IMG/VR virus record: IMGVR_UViG_3300037751_000768
Location: 1-29,874 of that record
DNA from: a virus
Taxonomy: Duplodnaviria > Caudoviricetes
DNA: 29,874 nucleotides
Strand: one strand, 5' to 3'
The translations under genes and the position numbers were made by a program. Below are positions 25,488 to 29,874 of this stretch, one piece after another (position 1 is the stretch's first letter; every line of letters begins with the position of its first letter). Under the pieces are notes generated by a model, which made no database searches, was not told the DNA's origin, and worked only from the letters and a program-made list of their open reading frames with translations.

Positions 25488-26684
25488 GTGCACTACGGAT
25501 CTCCAACAGCGGACGTCTACGCAGGGATCTACAGGGCGGTTGTCGTCGGTACCGACGACCCCGAAAGGCGCAAGCGCTACCGCGTGCGTGTCAACAGGAT
25601 CAACCCAGAGTCCGTCGCGGCCGAGGCCCTGCCGTGGGCGGAAGTCTCTACGTTCTTCGGGGGTAAGTTCTTCGGCGAGATCCCGAACTACCACGTACAC
25701 GACGTCGTGTGGGTCATGTTCGAGGCCGGAGACAAGCGCTACCCGGTTATCGTCGGAGCTCCACTCGCCTACACAGGTGGCGTGCCGGACGTTCCGTCCG
25801 AGGTGACGGCCGACTACGCACGTACAGGGGACCGGTGGATTCGCCTCGATCGATCCGGGAACCTGATCGAGATGAGTCCGCTTCCAGAGTCCCGCTACAT
25901 CCGCATCAAGTCGGGCGATGCCGAACTGTTCGTCTCGGAGTCCGATGCGACCGTCGAATCGCGGTGCCCGGACGGGATCGCACGGAGGGTGGCCAACAAG
26001 ATCGAAGACGTCTGCGAGGATCACGTCGTCCTTGTGGACAACTCGCTGTTCGAGGACGTGAAAGGGGACGTCGAGCGTATCGCGGACGGGGCGGTCGTTT
26101 TCCGCTCCGCGGTAGAGATCGTCATCGGAGAACGGACGGATCCCCTCGGCATCATTCAGAAAACACCGACTGTGCATGTGCGTGCGGGCAGTCGTGTGGT
26201 CGTCATCTCAGACGACGAAATCGAAATCACGTCGCTCGGCGATCTGTCGGTCACGTCGCAAGGTACTACGGAAGTCACGTCAGCCGGGGAGATGAGCATA
26301 CGCGTGACCGCTGCTGGGCTCTCCGTGCGTGCTCAGCGGGTGGAGATCGACGCGGACGTAGGGGAGGTCGACATAGCCTCCGTCATGGAGGTCAAGGTTT
26401 CCGCCCCGACTGTCACCGTCGCAGCTTCGAACGTGTCTGTGACCGGGGCCTCCCTCGTTGAGCTGGAATCTGGGGGTAACCTGGCTCTCTCCGCGCCGAA
26501 CGGGATTATCTCCCTCGATGCGCAGATCATCACTTTCTCCGCGCTGACAACCGTACAGTTCGACGTACAGAGTGCACTCGTCGTAAACGTGCCGTCTTTG
26601 TTGGTGACGGCGCAGACGACGGCCAGCATCGTGTCCGGTGGACCTCTCATCCTCGATGGCGCGACGATCGTGATCGGACCGTGA
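25488..26684 (+). CDS. Baseplate central spike (gp5/gpV OB-fold plus beta-helix)
   Basis: GIYRAVVV...DP....R.RVRV...LPWA...P......VWVMFEAGD...PV..G followed by V/S/T/I-rich beta repeats; no lysozyme domain evident. Confidence 0.9.
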   Translation: MHYGSPTADVYAGIYRAVVVGTDDPERRKRYRVRVNRINPESVAAEALPWAEVSTFFGGKFFGEIPNYHVHDVVWVMFEAGDKRYPVIVGAPLAYTGGVPDVPSEVTADYARTGDRWIRLDRSGNLIEMSPLPESRYIRIKSGDAELFVSESDATVESRCPDGIARRVANKIEDVCEDHVVLVDNSLFEDVKGDVERIADGAVVFRSAVEIVIGERTDPLGIIQKTPTVHVRAGSRVVVISDDEIEITSLGDLSVTSQGTTEVTSAGEMSIRVTAAGLSVRAQRVEIDADVGEVDIASVMEVKVSAPTVTVAASNVSVTGASLVELESGGNLALSAPNGIISLDAQIITFSALTTVQFDVQSALVVNVPSLLVTAQTTASIVSGGPLILDGATIVIGP

Positions 26685-26700
26685 TTTCTTGGAGGCAGAG

Positions 26701-27075
26701 ATGTTGAAAAGCAAAACGATCGCGGTTGATTTTGACGGTGTTCTGCACTCCTACGTATCCGGTTGGATGGGGGAGGCGAATATCCCGGATCCCCCGGTTC
26801 CAGGTGCGTTCGATTTCCTGCGTTGGGCTGTGCAGACCTACAACATCGTGATCTACTCGGCGCGCGCGAATACCACGGCGGGATACTTTGCGATCCACGA
26901 GTGGCTCGTAGAGCACGGACTCGAGGGAGAGATCATGAACAAAGTGTCGATCTCGGCATCGAAGCCCCAAGCCGTGATGTACATCGATGACCGAGCGTGG
27001 CGGTTCGCAGGGACGTTTCCGACCGCGCGTCAAATCGAGGATTTCCAGCCGTGGCGGCAGACTGCGACGGAGTAG
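26701..27075 (+). CDS. HAD-superfamily phosphatase-like protein
   Basis: Motif I AVDFDGVL, motif II IYSAR, motifs III/IV KP.A..YIDDR; GGAGG SD. Confidence 0.88.
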   Translation: MLKSKTIAVDFDGVLHSYVSGWMGEANIPDPPVPGAFDFLRWAVQTYNIVIYSARANTTAGYFAIHEWLVEHGLEGEIMNKVSISASKPQAVMYIDDRAWRFAGTFPTARQIEDFQPWRQTATE

Positions 27076-27078
27076 TCC

Positions 27079-27726
27079 ATGGCTATCTGTGGGTGCCCGG
27101 ACGCCGTCATCTACGCGCTGCGCGGCGTCGTCCAAAGCGAACTCGACAAGCTCCGCGCCATTACGGACCTGACCGGCTACTACAATCGGGTCCTGAAGGA
27201 TCTAGCAGGTCTCGTATTCAATGTCGTGTCCTCGGCTGTCGATCTTATTCCAGACATTTCGGTGCTCAATCCTGCGGGTCTCGTCGACTACCTCACGTGC
27301 CCGCTTCTACCCCTCCTGTTCGTTGTCGACGTCGACGCCCTGGATCCGAGGACGCAGCAGGAGCAGTTCCGGCAGCTCTTCCGTGACGAGATCAAGCGAT
27401 ATCGGCGTGAGTACGAGGAGCTACTCCGGGATTCGGAGCAAGCCCGCCTCATCGAACTCGTCCGGAAATACGTACAGGAGATGCAACGCATCGGCTTCGA
27501 CGAAGGGTCTTTCCTGAATGCTGTGATCATCTCAGCCACGGTGCTCTCTGTGTGTGGGGAGGAGGAGTACCAAGAGGGTCCCTACCAAGCGTTCGCCAAC
27601 ATCGCGGATAGCTTTGCCTTCAGCGGTGGCGTGCCCAGCTCCCTAGACGCTAACATGGCCGCGGTGTCGCAGAAATTGTTGGAAGCAGAGACCAAGTTTC
27701 GACTGATGCGTGAGGTTCTTCTGTGA
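27079..27726 (+). CDS. Hypothetical helical protein
   Basis: 215 aa, GGAG SD, in operon between spike and tip genes. Confidence 0.75.
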   Translation: MAICGCPDAVIYALRGVVQSELDKLRAITDLTGYYNRVLKDLAGLVFNVVSSAVDLIPDISVLNPAGLVDYLTCPLLPLLFVVDVDALDPRTQQEQFRQLFRDEIKRYRREYEELLRDSEQARLIELVRKYVQEMQRIGFDEGSFLNAVIISATVLSVCGEEEYQEGPYQAFANIADSFAFSGGVPSSLDANMAAVSQKLLEAETKFRLMREVLL

Positions 27727-27854
27727 TCGTTCGCGTAGTCCCCGAAAACAAGAAGCTCTGCCATCTGCACCTGTTGACGTATCTCGACCAGCTCGGGAAG
27801 TGTCGGCACTGCGAAGCCGTAAAGAAGCGGTTGAGAAAGTTGGCGTCTAAGTGA
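27723..27854 (+). CDS. 43-aa putative zinc-finger microprotein (not on the ORF track)
   Basis: MIVRVVPENKKLCHLHLLTYLDQLGKCRHCEAVKKRLRKLASK*, with GTGA overlaps at both ends and CxxH...CxxC. Confidence 0.55.
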   Translation: MIVRVVPENKKLCHLHLLTYLDQLGKCRHCEAVKKRLRKLASK

Positions 27855-28153
27855 CTGGGACCCCGGCCGTGGCGGGAGACCTCGCAGGCACTTATACGAG
27901 GCCCGACAGCTCACCTCTGGTCGTAACGGTTTTGGGCAACTCGGTCCGAGTGACGATTCGCGGCCGGCCGGTGGGGCTGCTTCCCGGCTGTCCGACTAGC
28001 GGAGGGACAATCACGACAGCCTCGCTCCTATCCACCAAAACGCTCATCGAGGGTAAGGTCGTCATCCTAGGCGGTGCGGTCACGAACCTCGACAACGGAT
28101 ATGCCGGGGGGATCGTCTCTGCGGTGCAGGCAGCGGGGGTGCTCATTGGCTAG
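27851..28153 (+). CDS. PAAR-like spike tip protein
   Basis: 100 aa with three degenerate PAAR-like segments (TPAVAGD, VTIRGRPV, TLIEGKVV); sits between spike and gp25-like genes. Confidence 0.65.
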   Translation: MTGTPAVAGDLAGTYTRPDSSPLVVTVLGNSVRVTIRGRPVGLLPGCPTSGGTITTASLLSTKTLIEGKVVILGGAVTNLDNGYAGGIVSAVQAAGVLIG

Positions 28154-28571
28154 TGGTGATTTTTCACCTGTTCGTAACTTCAAGGGCCTTGCGCTGCCGG
28201 CGCTCAAAGGTCCTGGTGGACTCTTCGCAACGAAGTCGCGGCTCGACGTCGCATGGGGCGATCTGCTTCTTGCCGTCTTTACTCCACGTGGATCTCGTAC
28301 GATGTTGCGCGGTTTCGGAACCGCTCTTCATGCGCAACTGTTCGATCCGATCGACCAGGAGTTCAAGCTCATCGCATTCACGATCGAGGAGACGGTACGT
28401 CAGTCCTGTCCTCACATTACGATCGTGAATGTCTCTGTGGACGTTTCTCCGCTAGCCGCGGACACCGTCGAGATCGGGATCGAGTTCGCGCTCACTGCCG
28501 ATCTCGAAAACCCCGTACGGCGTGTCGCCCGCATCCGCAAGTCGACCGTGACTCTCTTCTCGGAGCTGTGA
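28146..28571 (+). CDS. Baseplate wedge / sheath initiator (GPW/gp25-like)
   Basis: FKGLALP...L...TPRGSR.M...FGT.L...LFDP...I...P.I; TTG start at 28146 after GGGGGT. Confidence 0.88.
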   Translation: MASGDFSPVRNFKGLALPALKGPGGLFATKSRLDVAWGDLLLAVFTPRGSRTMLRGFGTALHAQLFDPIDQEFKLIAFTIEETVRQSCPHITIVNVSVDVSPLAADTVEIGIEFALTADLENPVRRVARIRKSTVTLFSEL

Positions 28572-28572
28572 C

Positions 28573-29874
28573 ATGCCCGAGTCGTCTCCTCCGCAGATCC
28601 GATATACGGCACGAGACTTTACGCTCATCAAGGCGGAGTTGAGTGCGTTCATCCAAACGACGCGCTCAGATGACTGGACCGATTTTTTCGAGAGCAACCT
28701 CGGGGTTGCTCTTATCGAACTCCTCGCATACGTCGGAGACTTGCTGTCCTTTGGGCAGGACGCGCTTGCGCTCGAGATTTTCGGTGCGACGGCGCGGCGA
28801 TTGGAGTCGGTGCTTCGTTTCGCGCGTACGGTGGGCTACGTTCCGCGCTCGGCGGTGTCCTCGGAGACTCAACTAGTCTCCTCGTCTTTGCCCTCGAACG
28901 TCATCGCCAACGGCGCGCTGATCGCCGCCGGAGAGTTCGTCACAGGGTCGAATGGACTCAGGTATGAAGTCGCCGATGACCACATCATCAACCCAGGGGA
29001 CACGACGCTCACGGTCCTGGTGAACGAAGGACGCACTCTGACCGAGGCCTTCGAACCCGCGCGGACCGCCAATCAGGAATTCACGACGTCGCAGGGGATC
29101 GTCGAGGAGGATTCGTGGCGGATCTACGTAGGCGACCCGAATGAAGAATCGAACCGGTGGACACAGACTCCCAACGTCGCCTTCGAGACGTTGCCAACGA
29201 ACACGTATTCGGTCGAGTTCGACGGCGAGGGCAAGCTGCACGTCTTTTTCGGGGACGATTCGGCGGGGAAGATTCCTGACCAGACCGTGACCGTCATTTA
29301 CCGCACGAGCAACGGGGCGGCTGGTGATACGGCCGTCAATACGATCCGGGGTGCGCTCCAGGCGCAAGTGGTCGGACAAAACACCACGGCATCGATTCAG
29401 GTCTCGAACGGTCTGGCAGCAGCGTCGGGTGGGATCGATCGCGAGTCGGTCGAAGAACTTCGATCCTCGATCCCGGCGTTTCTGCGAACGCTCGACAAGC
29501 TCATCACGATCCTCGACTACGAGGAAGGGATCGCGGTCGGCGTCCCCGTGCCGCTCGTATTCGCGGACGTCCCCCTTGCGTCTTTCAACGGCAACGTAGT
29601 GCGTGTCCACACGTGGGATACGGAGCAGATCAACTTCGTTTCGACGTCACCGATCAGTGGTCTGTCTTCGGTAACCACGTATCGGCGCTACGTGCAGATT
29701 GCCGCCGCGAAGCTCCACGACATTCAACGCTTTCTGCTCCCGCGCACGATCGTGACCGTACACAACGTGATCATCCGTCCGACGGTCTCACACGTCGACC
29801 TCTACCTAGGAGACATCTCGTACGATCGTCTGCGCGATATCGAAGCCGTTCACCAGGATATCCTCGATGCCGTT
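28573..29874 (+). CDS. Baseplate wedge protein (T4 gp6 / baseplate J-like), partial at window end
   Basis: Manual translation from ATG 28573: YTARDF..IK.EL...WTDFFESNLGVALIELLAYVGDLLSF...A...GYVP; later FGD...GKIP...Y...NG..G and A.GG.D.ES.EE.R...P. Open to the end of the window. Confidence 0.92.
   Translation, partial: MPESSPPQIRYTARDFTLIKAELSAFIQTTRSDDWTDFFESNLGVALIELLAYVGDLLSFGQDALALEIFGATARRLESVLRFARTVGYVPRSAVSSETQLVSSSLPSNVIANGALIAAGEFVTGSNGLRYEVADDHIINPGDTTLTVLVNEGRTLTEAFEPARTANQEFTTSQGIVEEDSWRIYVGDPNEESNRWTQTPNVAFETLPTNTYSVEFDGEGKLHVFFGDDSAGKIPDQTVTVIYRTSNGAAGDTAVNTIRGALQAQVVGQNTTASIQVSNGLAAASGGIDRESVEELRSSIPAFLRTLDKLITILDYEEGIAVGVPVPLVFADVPLASFNGNVVRVHTWDTEQINFVSTSPISGLSSVTTYRRYVQIAAAKLHDIQRFLLPRTIVTVHNVIIRPTVSHVDLYLGDISYDRLRDIEAVHQDILDAV

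Noticed and set aside
1159-28153. Alternative genetic code (TAG/TGA recoding)
   Set aside because: Long conserved genes are intact in code 11, and TAG, TGA and TAA all end genes at sensible positions. Reading through the TAG at 1297 adds only a few codons.
5437-29874. Extracellular contractile injection system, tailocin or T6SS
   Set aside because: A neck/head-closure-like gene, ThyX with an intein and typical phage small genes are interleaved, and no Afp15-like ATPase or T6SS membrane genes are seen. A phage fits better, although capsid genes lie outside the window.

Overview
GC-rich (roughly 60-65% by eye) segment of a large myovirus-type (contractile-tail) bacteriophage genome. It is mostly a + strand neck/tail/baseplate morphogenesis cluster: head-closure-like and tail-terminator-like proteins, sheath, tube, gp26-like chaperone with a probable frameshifted extension, two paralogous virion proteins, LysM/gp53-like wedge, tape measure, tube initiator, hub, gp5-like spike, PAAR-like tip, gp25-like wedge and a gp6/J-like wedge that runs off the end. 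Between tube and chaperone the cluster is interrupted by a ~6.3 kb non-structural block, mostly on the - strand, with an intein-containing ThyX, a DUF3560 protein and small phage proteins. The most notable non-coding signals are: (i) an array of 17-bp ACGGAAAGAGCTGAGGG repeats with unique spacers at 138-465, leading into a gene with a ribosome-modulation-factor-like domain; (ii) a 45-bp element present twice at 43/45 identity (1065-1109 +, 10970-11014 -) plus a diverged copy (8708-8745), each directly upstream of an accessory gene; (iii) a structured candidate leader at 14922-15046. All family assignments come from motif recognition by eye; no database search was run.
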